55,588 bases of DNA from Chitinophagaceae bacterium. Its GTDB lineage: Bacteria > Bacteroidota > Bacteroidia > Chitinophagales > Chitinophagaceae. The notes below the pieces were generated by a model. That model was not told where the DNA came from and searched no databases. It was given only the letters and a program-made list of their open reading frames with translations. Of this stretch, positions 47,067-55,588 are shown one piece after another. The DNA lies in contig DOMR01000275.1 of NCBI GenBank assembly GCA_003509845.1, forward strand, positions 10,473 to 66,060, written 5' to 3'. Numbering within the stretch: position 1 is the first letter of the stretch; the number at the start of each line of letters is the position of its first letter. The position numbers were made by a program, and so were the translations under genes.

Positions 47067-48794
47067 TTAATACCCCGGGTTTTGTTTTAGGGATGTATTT
47101 AATGTCAGTTCATTGGAAGGAATTGGTAATAGGTAGTTTCTGTCTGGTTTAAAGCCCCATCCTCCGTTCGCTCCAGTAAGTGTTGTTTTGTAAGGATCTA
47201 AAAAGTTATTTGGATCTATCGCAAGACCAGGAAATGCTTTCTTAAATGCATCAGTGTAAAAAGCGCCCTTAGGTCTCACTCCAACAAATAATTTATGTGC
47301 ACGCCATCGCATCAGATCATTCAAACGGAAACCTTCAGATAAAAGTTCTACCTCTCTTTCCCTTCTAATTTCATACAAAGCACTAGAAAGCGAATACCCA
47401 TAATCAGGCCATTTTGGATCAGTTTTAATGGAAGCCAGTACCATTGGCGGCATACCTACCCTGGTTCTTAATTTATTAATCGTTAAATCAAGATCCGCCT
47501 GGGTTAATTGACCCAATTCCGCCTTCGCTTCCGCATAATTAAGCAACGCTTCTGCATAACGGAAGATGATATAAGCTAATTCCCCACTGTTACCACCAGT
47601 AGCTGGATCCATTTGTGGACGGCGGAATTTTTGTGACTCATACCCGGTTGGGCCGTTTTGCGCACCACCTAACATTGGAAGGGTATATTTAGTCGTATCG
47701 TTTTTTAGATTAATTAAAACTGGATCACCCGGATTCATTATACTTTGAACCAACCTAGGATCACGATTTTTAATTAGCAGATCAATATCATTTTCCCCCT
47801 TGTATAAAGGGCTAAGTGAAATAGGAAGACCATCAGTGCAAAGATACATTTGAACCATCTCCTGTGTATAGCCTGATCCATTTGGCCAGTTCCACACTTG
47901 ATTCGTAATTTCCTGAGCCATGCTATAGCTTCTCCACATCAATATTTCAGGATTTGATCCTAAATTAATTTGATTAAAAATTTCATAATACACCTGGTTA
48001 GGGTTACCGGCAGCCAAGGAATAAATCCCACCATCTATCACTGCTTTAGCAGCACTAGCTGCTTTGTTTAAAAATGCATCGCCATTTGTTGTACCCTTAA
48101 ACGCATCAGTTTGGTGGTATTTTTCCCAAGTACCTTCATATAAAGCGACTCTTGACAAAAATAAGGAAGCAATATCTCGACTTATACGTTGTGCTGGAAC
48201 TTCATTCTTCTTTTTAAGTTTTGATACGGCCAATTCCAGGTCACTAATTATAAAATTCACCACATCAGTTCTTGAACTTCGAGCACCGTATAAATCGTCC
48301 TTTTTATCGGGTGTCAATGTTTGTTTGATGATAGGAAGATCGCCGAATTTTTGAAGCAGGTCAAAGTAATTCCATGCCCTGAAAAAATAAGCCTCCCCAA
48401 TATAATGTTCTTTCAATCCGCCATCTGGAACACGCGTAGCATTTTCCAAGAAATAATTCACATTACGCACATTTGTCCAACTCCATCCACCACCACTGGA
48501 TGGAATAGATACTACGCCATCTAAACGATTTTTGTTTGGCAACCATAATCCAACAGAAAGGGCCATGTCCGTACCAGCATCTAACAGCGGGTTTCCTCCG
48601 GATCCACTTAATAACCATCCTGGAAGGACGTTGTAAAGCCCATTAACATATAGCTCCATATCCTGAGTTGTTTTCCAAAATTGTGGATCAGATATTTGAT
48701 CTTTTGGAGTTAAGTCAAGAAAATCCTTTTTGCAAGAAGATAGAAAAATTCCGCTCCCAAGAGCGCATATAATTATGTAAAATATTTTTTTCAT
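47067..48794 (-). CDS. susD: RagB/SusD family lipoprotein
   Basis: Lipobox LSSC followed by KKDFLD, GEAYFFRA, LYEGTWEKYH, FRYAEALLNYAEA, IRREREVEL, QNPGY. Confidence 0.95.
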   Translation of the reverse strand: MKKIFYIIICALGSGIFLSSCKKDFLDLTPKDQISDPQFWKTTQDMELYVNGLYNVLPGWLLSGSGGNPLLDAGTDMALSVGLWLPNKNRLDGVVSIPSSGGGWSWTNVRNVNYFLENATRVPDGGLKEHYIGEAYFFRAWNYFDLLQKFGDLPIIKQTLTPDKKDDLYGARSSRTDVVNFIISDLELAVSKLKKKNEVPAQRISRDIASLFLSRVALYEGTWEKYHQTDAFKGTTNGDAFLNKAASAAKAVIDGGIYSLAAGNPNQVYYEIFNQINLGSNPEILMWRSYSMAQEITNQVWNWPNGSGYTQEMVQMYLCTDGLPISLSPLYKGENDIDLLIKNRDPRLVQSIMNPGDPVLINLKNDTTKYTLPMLGGAQNGPTGYESQKFRRPQMDPATGGNSGELAYIIFRYAEALLNYAEAKAELGQLTQADLDLTINKLRTRVGMPPMVLASIKTDPKWPDYGYSLSSALYEIRREREVELLSEGFRLNDLMRWRAHKLFVGVRPKGAFYTDAFKKAFPGLAIDPNNFLDPYKTTLTGANGGWGFKPDRNYLLPIPSNELTLNTSLKQNPGY

Positions 48795-48805
48795 TTCCGA
48801 TTTTT

Positions 48806-51800
48806 TTAGAAGTTAATATTTAGTCCAAAAGATAAACTCTTCGATAATGGATAAGTTCGGCCATCACCGTTTCTTCCACCTACCTGTTCAGGATCAAGAA
48901 GTTGTATTTTTTTAATCACAAATAGATTTTCTCCAGAAAAATAAATATTGGCTCTCTTTATCAAAAGCTTATTCGTTAATTTTTCAGGAATCGTATAGCC
49001 AAATCTGATATTTTTCATCCTCAAATAGGCACCACTTGGTAAATAGCGACTAACCGGTCTGCCGTAATTTTTGCTGTTATCTCCATCAAAAACTGAGTAG
49101 GGTTTAGCATAATACGCATTAGGGTTGGCTCCCAAAGGACTAGAAGCGTCACGCCAGTAATCCATATGTTCCTCGTAAACCATCATATGCAAAGGACCAT
49201 TTGCCGGCCCTCTAAATACATTACCATTAAATATCTCAGTAATATATAAATCTTGCTTAGCTACTCCTTGAAATAAAATTGAGAAATCAAAGCCTTTCCA
49301 ACTTGCATTCGCGTTAAATCCAAATGTGTATTGCGGAAGCTGATTCCCAAGACGAACCATATCTCCATGATCAGTTGCAGTATTCTTGCCGTTATCTATT
49401 TTTCCATCATTATTCATGTCTTGATACTTTAAATCACCTGGATTCCACTTTCCTGCCCATATAAAACTTTGATTAGCCCAGCTAGTCACTTCTTCAGTTG
49501 ATTGGAAAATTCCTGGTGTATTGTACCCCCAAAGTTCTCCAATTACTTGCCCTTTGTAATAGGTGCTTAATATACCGGTAGGATTGTTGTAGGACATAAC
49601 CACACTTTTATTATTAGCTAGATTAAATCCAATTTGATAAGCAAAATCTTCAATTTGATCTCTCCAACTAATCTCTAGCTCAAAGCCCCTTGTTCTGATT
49701 TCACCTGAATTTTCCCTTGGAACGGATGTTCCCAGTACTGCAGGAATGGCTGGACCAGGACCCACTAGGTTATTAGTAAGCGATTCATACCAGTCGAAAG
49801 TGGTTGATAATCTATTTCTAAAGAAGGCCATATCTACTCCGAAATCCAAAGTTTTAATTTTTTCCCATGTTAAATCAACACTTGAAATATTAGGAGCACC
49901 CACGGTCCATAATTTTTGGCCGCTAAATAAGTAACCACTTTGGCTAATACCCATAGTTGGAATATAGAGATAGTTAGCAACGTTCTGATTACCCAAGTCT
50001 CCATAAGATCCCCTAAACTTTAAAAGATTAATTACGTTTTTAATTGTAAAGAATTTTTCTTTGGATACCACCCAACCAGCAGATACCGAAGGAAAATACC
50101 CCCATTGTTTCGTTGGTTCAAATCTTGAAGATCCATCTGCACGAAAGTTACTCTCCAATAAATATTTTTCATTGTAATTGTAGGTCAATCTTCCGAAACC
50201 ACTTTGCGTAGCCCAATGACCTTGACCATCCGAAACGGTTTTTGCTCCAACAGCAGTATTAACAGATGGAATATTATCGCTAAGTAGATAAAGAGCATCT
50301 GAGTTCAGGGCGAAGTAATTATATTTCTCCTGCTGATAACCAACCATTGCAGAAAAGTTGTGTTTGTTAATACTCTTCGTATATGTTGAATAAAGATTGG
50401 GAGACAAATAGGTGTCCGTATATAGTCTTGGGCGGTAAGATGTATTCGCTTTTGGTAGTCCTGGGGCTAATTCTCCGTTTGGCTGCATCCAGAAATATTG
50501 TTTCGCAGAAAGCTCCTGTCTATTGTTACTAGTTGTGTAGTTGAATTCAATATTAGTGACCCAACCTTTAATTGGCTCTAAGATAAATCTAGGCGCAAGT
50601 ACCATTTGGCTTTTGTATGAATTATCTCTTTGCGTTGCCCACTCGTCAATCCTGCTTTCCTGAGTCCAGATATTTGTTCCAGGATATTTTGCAGGCATCG
50701 TCGGTTTCATTTTTGTCATCATATCATAAATACGACCTCTGCCTAAGTCAGCTTGCCATGGAAATTTCTCCAAACCATAGTTATATTTAAATAACACCGC
50801 AACCTTGGCCCAAGAGTTAGCTTTTGCATTAATTTTTGCATCGAAATTATAGCGGTTAAATGATTCATTACCATATTTAAGTAAACCTTGCTCATCCCAC
50901 CAACCCGCAGATAAATAATAATCCATTTTTTCACTTGATCCGGATACGCTAAGGTCATTTTTTTTCTGTAATGAATAATCCTTAAAAAATATATCGTACC
51001 AGTCTGTGTTTGCTGCAGCACCTAAACCCATCGCTCCGATGTTCCAGGAAAGACCATTCGCAGCACCAAACATTTCAGGGGCACTTCCCGGTTGTGCAAT
51101 ATTTTTCGCTAACCGGTCTAAGGCATCTGCATTATACCATGGAGAATTCCCAATATTCTTTGCGGCATCGTTACTTACATGTGCAAAGGTCATAGGATCC
51201 ACCAACCTTGGAAATTGAACAGGTTGCGAAAAAACCATATTTGATTGATAGGAAATACTTGCTTTCCCTTTAGCGCCTTTACCTGTTTTTGTGGTTATAA
51301 GAATAACTCCATAAGCGGCACGCGCACCATAAATAGCTGAGGAAGCTGCATCTTTTAGGATAGATATGGTCTCAATATCACTTGGATTGACGTTGTTTAT
51401 ATCCATCAAAATATTATCCACTAACACCAATGGTGCATTATTACCTCCGAAATTTTGCAAGCCCCTAATATTCATATTCATGGAAGCACCTGGTTCTCCA
51501 CCAGCATTTGAAACCGAGATATTCAAGTTGGGCACCAACCCCTTTAAAGCTTGCTGGGTGTTTGCTATAGGACGTGATTCAATTTGTTTTGAAGTAACCG
51601 TGGAAACAGCACCAGTTAAATTAACTTTTTTCACAGTTCCATAACCTACAACTATTACCTCTTCTAAATTTGAAATAGAAGATTTAAGAACAAAATCAAA
51701 ACTTTTTTGATTAGCAATTACCACTTCCAAAGGTTCATAATTCACCGCTTGAATCACAATAGTTTGTCCCACATCCCCGATAATGGTAAATTGACCCGTT

Positions 51801-52297
51801 GCGTTGGTAGTGGTACCCGTGGATTTATTTTTGATATATACGGAAGCTCCTGATACCGCTTTCCCAGCATCGTCTTTAATCGTTCCTGTAATTTTTCGAT
51901 CTTCGAGAAATTCACTGCTCTCTGATGGAATAATAACGATTAAATTGTTTTCTAAATGTTTATAGGTTAAGCCTGTGCCTAAAAGTATATTATCCAATAC
52001 AGTTGGAACGGATTTGCCTTCTAGATTAACATTTACTTTTTTTTGTAACGCTGCTAAATCGTAATTGTATAAAAAACGAAATTCACTTTGCTTTTCAATA
52101 GCCTTAAATACATTAGGCATGAATACCTGATTCATTTGTATTGTTACTAGTTGTGCATTAGCATCTCCCGCAACTGCTTGTAAAGTAGTTAGCAGGATTA
52201 ATAGAACGGTCATTTTCATAAACAATAATGTTTTTGATAAAGAACTTTGTGGCGTTATAAGCAATTTTAGCTTTAAACGGAGTAAGGTTTTTTTCAT
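48806..52297 (-). CDS. susC: SusC/RagA TonB-dependent transducer with N-terminal STN signalling domain
   Basis: STN-like VFKAIEKQSEFRFLYN, EEVIVVGYG, NPSDIETISILKDAASSAIYGARAAYGVILITTK, C-terminal Phe; lies downstream of fecR. Confidence 0.96.
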   Translation of the reverse strand: MKKTLLRLKLKLLITPQSSLSKTLLFMKMTVLLILLTTLQAVAGDANAQLVTIQMNQVFMPNVFKAIEKQSEFRFLYNYDLAALQKKVNVNLEGKSVPTVLDNILLGTGLTYKHLENNLIVIIPSESSEFLEDRKITGTIKDDAGKAVSGASVYIKNKSTGTTTNATGQFTIIGDVGQTIVIQAVNYEPLEVVIANQKSFDFVLKSSISNLEEVIVVGYGTVKKVNLTGAVSTVTSKQIESRPIANTQQALKGLVPNLNISVSNAGGEPGASMNMNIRGLQNFGGNNAPLVLVDNILMDINNVNPSDIETISILKDAASSAIYGARAAYGVILITTKTGKGAKGKASISYQSNMVFSQPVQFPRLVDPMTFAHVSNDAAKNIGNSPWYNADALDRLAKNIAQPGSAPEMFGAANGLSWNIGAMGLGAAANTDWYDIFFKDYSLQKKNDLSVSGSSEKMDYYLSAGWWDEQGLLKYGNESFNRYNFDAKINAKANSWAKVAVLFKYNYGLEKFPWQADLGRGRIYDMMTKMKPTMPAKYPGTNIWTQESRIDEWATQRDNSYKSQMVLAPRFILEPIKGWVTNIEFNYTTSNNRQELSAKQYFWMQPNGELAPGLPKANTSYRPRLYTDTYLSPNLYSTYTKSINKHNFSAMVGYQQEKYNYFALNSDALYLLSDNIPSVNTAVGAKTVSDGQGHWATQSGFGRLTYNYNEKYLLESNFRADGSSRFEPTKQWGYFPSVSAGWVVSKEKFFTIKNVINLLKFRGSYGDLGNQNVANYLYIPTMGISQSGYLFSGQKLWTVGAPNISSVDLTWEKIKTLDFGVDMAFFRNRLSTTFDWYESLTNNLVGPGPAIPAVLGTSVPRENSGEIRTRGFELEISWRDQIEDFAYQIGFNLANNKSVVMSYNNPTGILSTYYKGQVIGELWGYNTPGIFQSTEEVTSWANQSFIWAGKWNPGDLKYQDMNNDGKIDNGKNTATDHGDMVRLGNQLPQYTFGFNANASWKGFDFSILFQGVAKQDLYITEIFNGNVFRGPANGPLHMMVYEEHMDYWRDASSPLGANPNAYYAKPYSVFDGDNSKNYGRPVSRYLPSGAYLRMKNIRFGYTIPEKLTNKLLIKRANIYFSGENLFVIKKIQLLDPEQVGGRNGDGRTYPLSKSLSFGLNINF

Positions 52298-52308
52298 ACC
52301 TTTGATTT

Positions 52309-52407
52309 AGGGTTATAAAATGTGAAGCCTTGGTGAATTTTGCGATTGTCCTTGGCTTCTTGTCTACCTGATCGGGGAATGTTAGCGCATTTCCCGATTT
52401 TTATTTT
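52309..52407 (+). ncRNA. Candidate cis-antisense sRNA (DonS-like) opposite the susC2 leader
   Basis: A plus-strand -7 element TACCTTTG (52297-52304) overlaps the susC start codon, with TTTA 21 nt upstream. The plus-strand terminator reads ATCGGGGAATG-TTAGCG-CATTTCCCGAT-TTTTATTTT. The 5' end is estimated. Confidence 0.6.
52371..52407 (+). terminator. Intrinsic terminator oriented antisense to fecR-susC
   Basis: 11-bp stem whose G-U pair forms only on the plus strand (C-A mismatch on minus), 6-nt loop, U-rich tail on plus. Confidence 0.72.
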
Positions 52408-52411
52408 CAAT

Positions 52412-53518
52412 TTATTTTATTAAAATTTCATTGTCGTGAATATCATATTTAAACATGGTAATTAATTGCAGTGCCTTAAATGCCTCCTCAACATTTTCTT
52501 TTTCAAATACACCACTAAATCTATTATTGGATATACTTTGGTTTTGTATAGTAATTTTAATGTTATACCATCTTTCCATTTTTTCAGCTAGTGTTACAAA
52601 GGAATCACCGTCAAAAACCAATCGTCCATATATCCACGCGGTTTCAACCCGGGAACTGTCTGGAATATTTTTAGACAAAGTAGTAATGGAGAGCGCTTCT
52701 AATTTTTTTGCTATTGTATTTTGTTCATTATTGGGTCGTACTAAAAGTGCTTCTGATTTATTATAAATTAGTTTTTCGTTAGGTGTCAACACAATTTTTT
52801 TAGTAGCAGGCTCATTATTCTTACGCACTTCAATCATCCCTCTTATTAAAGTAGTTTCAATAGTAGCATCTTGCGCATAGGACTTAATATTGAAAGTAGT
52901 ACCCAATACCCTTATATTTAAAGCATTTGTCATTACAACAAAGGGGCGATTTTTATCTTTTATTACATCAAAATAGGCTTCCCCTTCGAGCAAAACTTCG
53001 CGAATGGTATCATTAAATCGCGCGCCATAGGAAAGTTTGCTATCGGAGTTTAACCATACTTGGGAACCATCCGGTAAAATTATTTTTGTTTTAGTACCCC
53101 GTTTTGCAACAATCTCATTGTAATGATCTCCTTTGTCTAAAAAATTGTTTTTATTGTTATTAAAGTACGATATACAAACTACTAGTCCAATTACAACTGC
53201 AGCGGTGGCCATGGACCACTTTAAAAAAGGTTTAATTTTTTTGGCAAATTTGGTTTTGTCATCTACAATCATTGCATTATCAATGAGATTCGTAGAATTT
53301 GCAACACCTAAAATTTTATTAAAATGATCATCGCGCTCCTTTTTAGGGCTAGTATCTGTGTTGTTTTGTGTTTGCCACCAACTAGTAATCAATTCATGAA
53401 AAAATTGTTCGTCCTCACTTTTAAGTAATTCAGCGAATTCAGCTAATTCGGCATCAGTAGCCTCAGCAGATAATTTTCGAGCGTATAATTCAATAATTCT
53501 ATTGTGATTCATAAGCAT
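52412..53518 (-). CDS. fecR: FecR family anti-sigma factor
   Basis: Single TM segment (WSMATAAVVIGLVVCISYF), ILPDGSQVWLNSDSKL, LEGEAYFDV, VLGTTFNIKSY, AWIYGRLVF, MERWYNI. An ATG start (53518 or 53512) is preferred over the TTG at 53536. Confidence 0.93.
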   Translation of the reverse strand: MLMNHNRIIELYARKLSAEATDAELAEFAELLKSEDEQFFHELITSWWQTQNNTDTSPKKERDDHFNKILGVANSTNLIDNAMIVDDKTKFAKKIKPFLKWSMATAAVVIGLVVCISYFNNNKNNFLDKGDHYNEIVAKRGTKTKIILPDGSQVWLNSDSKLSYGARFNDTIREVLLEGEAYFDVIKDKNRPFVVMTNALNIRVLGTTFNIKSYAQDATIETTLIRGMIEVRKNNEPATKKIVLTPNEKLIYNKSEALLVRPNNEQNTIAKKLEALSITTLSKNIPDSSRVETAWIYGRLVFDGDSFVTLAEKMERWYNIKITIQNQSISNNRFSGVFEKENVEEAFKALQLITMFKYDIHDNEILIK

Positions 53519-53530
53519 GCTTATAGTATA

Positions 53531-53557
53531 AGACAAAAAAATTGGGGGTACACCCTA
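53531..53557 (-). promoter_or_regulatory. Candidate ECF-sigma-dependent promoter for fecR-susC-susD (TAGGG-N17-TGTCT)
   Basis: The minus strand reads TAGGG TGTACCCCCAATTTTTT TGTCT, squeezed between the sigma stop and the fecR ATG. Position and spacing fit an ECF -35/-10, but this is inference only. Confidence 0.4.
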
Positions 53558-53567
53558 ATTTTTTATC

Positions 53568-54146
53568 TTATTTTTTAAAATAAATTTTATTAGGGGAGGT
53601 TTCAATGACATTCATTAATTTAGCCCGAATACGTGCAACTGCAATAACCATCTGAGAATCAATGGTTTTAATAGAAAGTCCTAAAATTTCTGCTGCTTCG
53701 CTATAACTTAAGCCGTCTTCTCTAACAAATTTAAATATTAGTTTACATCTGGGAGGAAGGCTATCAATTGTCTCTTTAATTTTTTGAAGTATTTCCTTTG
53801 TAATCATAATTTGCTCAGGCGAAACCACATCTGTCATTTGTACTTGCAAATTTTCATAGGGCTCAAGTTCAATTTGTTTTGCTTTTTTTGTAATATAATT
53901 CAAGGAAGCATTTTTAGTTGCGGTATATAAATAAACGCGTAAATCATTGATTTTCATTATATCAGCCCTTTTGACCCATAGTTGTACAAATAGCTCATCT
54001 ACAATTTCTGTAGCTGCTTCTTTTGAATGAACAAAGGAAAAAGAAAACTTTGTTAGGTTGGAAAATAGCGCATCAAATATTTGACGAAAAGCATGCGTAT
54101 CGCCTACAGCAACTTGGGATTGTAATATAGAAAGCCCTAATCCCAT
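53568..54146 (-). CDS. ECF RNA polymerase sigma-70 factor (Bacteroidota PUL type)
   Basis: GDTHAFRQIF, EIVDELFVQLW, YLYTATKNASLNY, IDSLPPRCKLIF..REDGLSYSEAAEILGLSIKTI; adjacent to fecR. Confidence 0.94.
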   Translation of the reverse strand: MGLGLSILQSQVAVGDTHAFRQIFDALFSNLTKFSFSFVHSKEAATEIVDELFVQLWVKRADIMKINDLRVYLYTATKNASLNYITKKAKQIELEPYENLQVQMTDVVSPEQIMITKEILQKIKETIDSLPPRCKLIFKFVREDGLSYSEAAEILGLSIKTIDSQMVIAVARIRAKLMNVIETSPNKIYFKK

Positions 54147-54363
54147 GTGTTATTTGGTTTAATTGAAAATGATGCAAGCATTTTACTAATATAAACAATT
54201 TTTTTTTAACAATTATGCTGATAATTTAAAAATTATACAAAATGGTGCTGTAATTAAAAAGTAATGATTGAAATTTAAGGACTTATAAAAAACAAAATAA
54301 ATTTATAATTCATTAATTATCATATTAAAACTGCTATTTCACCAACCCCTCCATCAAACACCG

Positions 54364-54561
54364 ATGGTGACAAGTAATTATTTTCCAGCAGGGCATAAAA
54401 TTCGGATCGAAGTTTCAAGTAGCAATTTTCCTAGATTTGATCGAAACCTTAACACTGGCGGAAATAACTACGATGAAGCTAAAGGTATAGTAGTGGAGAA
54501 TAAAATTCACCATTCTAAACAATATCCTTCTGTGATCAAATTACCTTTTATAAAGAAATAA
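54364..54561 (+). pseudogene. 3' remnant of a CocE/NonD family hydrolase
   Basis: [31 protein letters not shown]...IHHSKQYPS is the characteristic CocE/NonD C-terminus. Upstream is AT-rich non-coding DNA, so the catalytic domain is absent. Confidence 0.85.
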
Positions 54562-54562
54562 A

Positions 54563-55120
54563 TTATTTTGAACTAGCTGCAGGTAAGGTAAAACCTAAGC
54601 TTTCTGCACACCAAAATACATTTACAATATAATATCTATTTTGATCATAGAATAGCTGTATGCTATTAATCCCTTTATTGGTGATGGGGCCATTTTTTGT
54701 TTCCCGAGTTTCGTAGGTACTAAAAACGTGTGCGACGGTTCCAAATGACACCCCCTCATACTTTAATTCTTTTTCAAAGAAACCCGTTTTGACGCGTGTG
54801 CTAAACATCGTTATATAATCTTCAGGAGTCATAGTTCTATAGCCGTATACCCCTGTGTTATTTTTATTTGTAGGAATTAATAAAGCGTCCTTTCCAAATA
54901 GATATCTGAATCTTTCCCAATCACGAACTTCACCCGATTCGCCAGATATTACATCGTAAAGTGCAGTTATAATACCCCTTTCAGTGCTAACATCTTTGGT
55001 GTATTTATCATTCACAATCGTGGAAACTGGTTGTGTGGTATTCACTTGTCCAAATGATTGGTTGATTGTTAGGCAATTGATGCCAGCCAGCAAAGCTGTC
55101 GTAATAAAGAAACGCTTCAT
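54563..55120 (-). CDS. Secreted hypothetical protein, probable NTF2/SnoaL-like fold
   Basis: Signal peptide; IITALYDVISG..RDWERFRYLF...GFFEKE...FGTVAHVFSTYE...GINSIQL. Confidence 0.8.
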   Translation of the reverse strand: MKRFFITTALLAGINCLTINQSFGQVNTTQPVSTIVNDKYTKDVSTERGIITALYDVISGESGEVRDWERFRYLFGKDALLIPTNKNNTGVYGYRTMTPEDYITMFSTRVKTGFFEKELKYEGVSFGTVAHVFSTYETRETKNGPITNKGINSIQLFYDQNRYYIVNVFWCAESLGFTLPAASSK

Positions 55121-55228
55121 AATTTTTTAAATTAAATTTAATAATAACATTTTATTGTCAGTACTTGAAATAAAGAAAATTTTACATTTAAACAAGCTTA
55201 ATATCAAGTGTATTTGTATAATGCTCTC

Positions 55229-55588
55229 CTATTTACCTTTTAAATACTTATCCAACCATCTTCCTTGCTCCCATAACAAATGCAATACATTTTCTTTTCC
55301 TTTATAGCCATGCGCTTCATAAGGTAAATACACAAATCTAGCAGTACCACCATGTCCTTTAATCGCGGCATATAATCTTTCACTATTAATTGGGTAGGTG
55401 CCTGTATTGTCATCCATTTCGCCATGCGTCATTAATAAAGGGGTTTTAATTTTATCAGCAAAAGCAAATGGGCTCATTGACAAATACAAATCTTTGGCTT
55501 GCCAAAAAGTACGCTCTTCATTTTGAAATCCAAAAGGAGTTAAAGTTCTATTATATGCTCCGCTTCTGGCAATACCTGCTTTAAATAA
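55229..55588 (-). CDS. S9 family (prolyl oligopeptidase-like) peptidase, C-terminal part; 5' end outside the window
   Basis: The frame is open to the window edge: LFKAGIARSGAYNRTLTPFGFQNEERTFW...KTPLLMTHGEMDDN...LPYEAHGY (catalytic Asp and His motifs). Confidence 0.9.
   Translation of the reverse strand, partial: LFKAGIARSGAYNRTLTPFGFQNEERTFWQAKDLYLSMSPFAFADKIKTPLLMTHGEMDDNTGTYPINSERLYAAIKGHGGTARFVYLPYEAHGYKGKENVLHLLWEQGRWLDKYLKGK

Noticed and set aside
1312..53327. Many 60-156 aa ORFs antisense or out of frame within large genes (e.g. 35307..35777, 35957..36385, 27393..27728)
   Set aside because: They are shadow ORFs inside well-supported CDSs, with no recognisable motifs.
54364..54561. 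Functional 65-aa small protein
   Set aside because: It matches only the C-terminal strands of a much larger hydrolase and has no catalytic domain; treated as a remnant.
1..55588. CRISPR arrays, tRNA/rRNA genes, transposases, integrases, invertible promoters, defence systems
   Set aside because: No regularly spaced repeats, RNA gene signatures, recombinase motifs or long flanking inverted repeats were seen by eye; the intergenic spaces are short.

Overview
AT-rich Bacteroidota DNA (Chitinophagaceae/Sphingobacteriia-like, judged from gene content). Nearly the whole window is one large composite polysaccharide-utilisation locus (PUL) aimed at a sulfated glycan. It holds two SusC/SusD pairs (one divergent and apparently AraC-controlled, one under an ECF sigma/FecR pair), six Cys-type S1 sulfatases, two GH78-like, one GH95, two GH127 and one GH63-like hydrolases, an SSS symporter, an L-hexose oxidation trio (AKR, lactonase, IdnD-like dehydrogenase), a DUF1080 + beta-propeller/blue-copper pair, and peptidases. 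The most novel elements are: (i) two paralogous ~560-aa secreted proteins of a family I cannot recognise, each flanked by sulfatases; (ii) a divergent clan GH-D-like protein at the left edge that the ORF track missed; (iii) a DonS-like antisense sRNA whose promoter overlaps the second susC start codon; (iv) a TTGATTAA 21-bp direct-repeat operator plus promoter shared by susC1 and the symporter; and (v) a three-way-junction RNA after susD1. A truncated CocE/NonD remnant marks the probable right edge of the island. No CRISPR array, tRNA, rRNA or transposase was seen. All family calls come from motif recognition by eye, not database searches.
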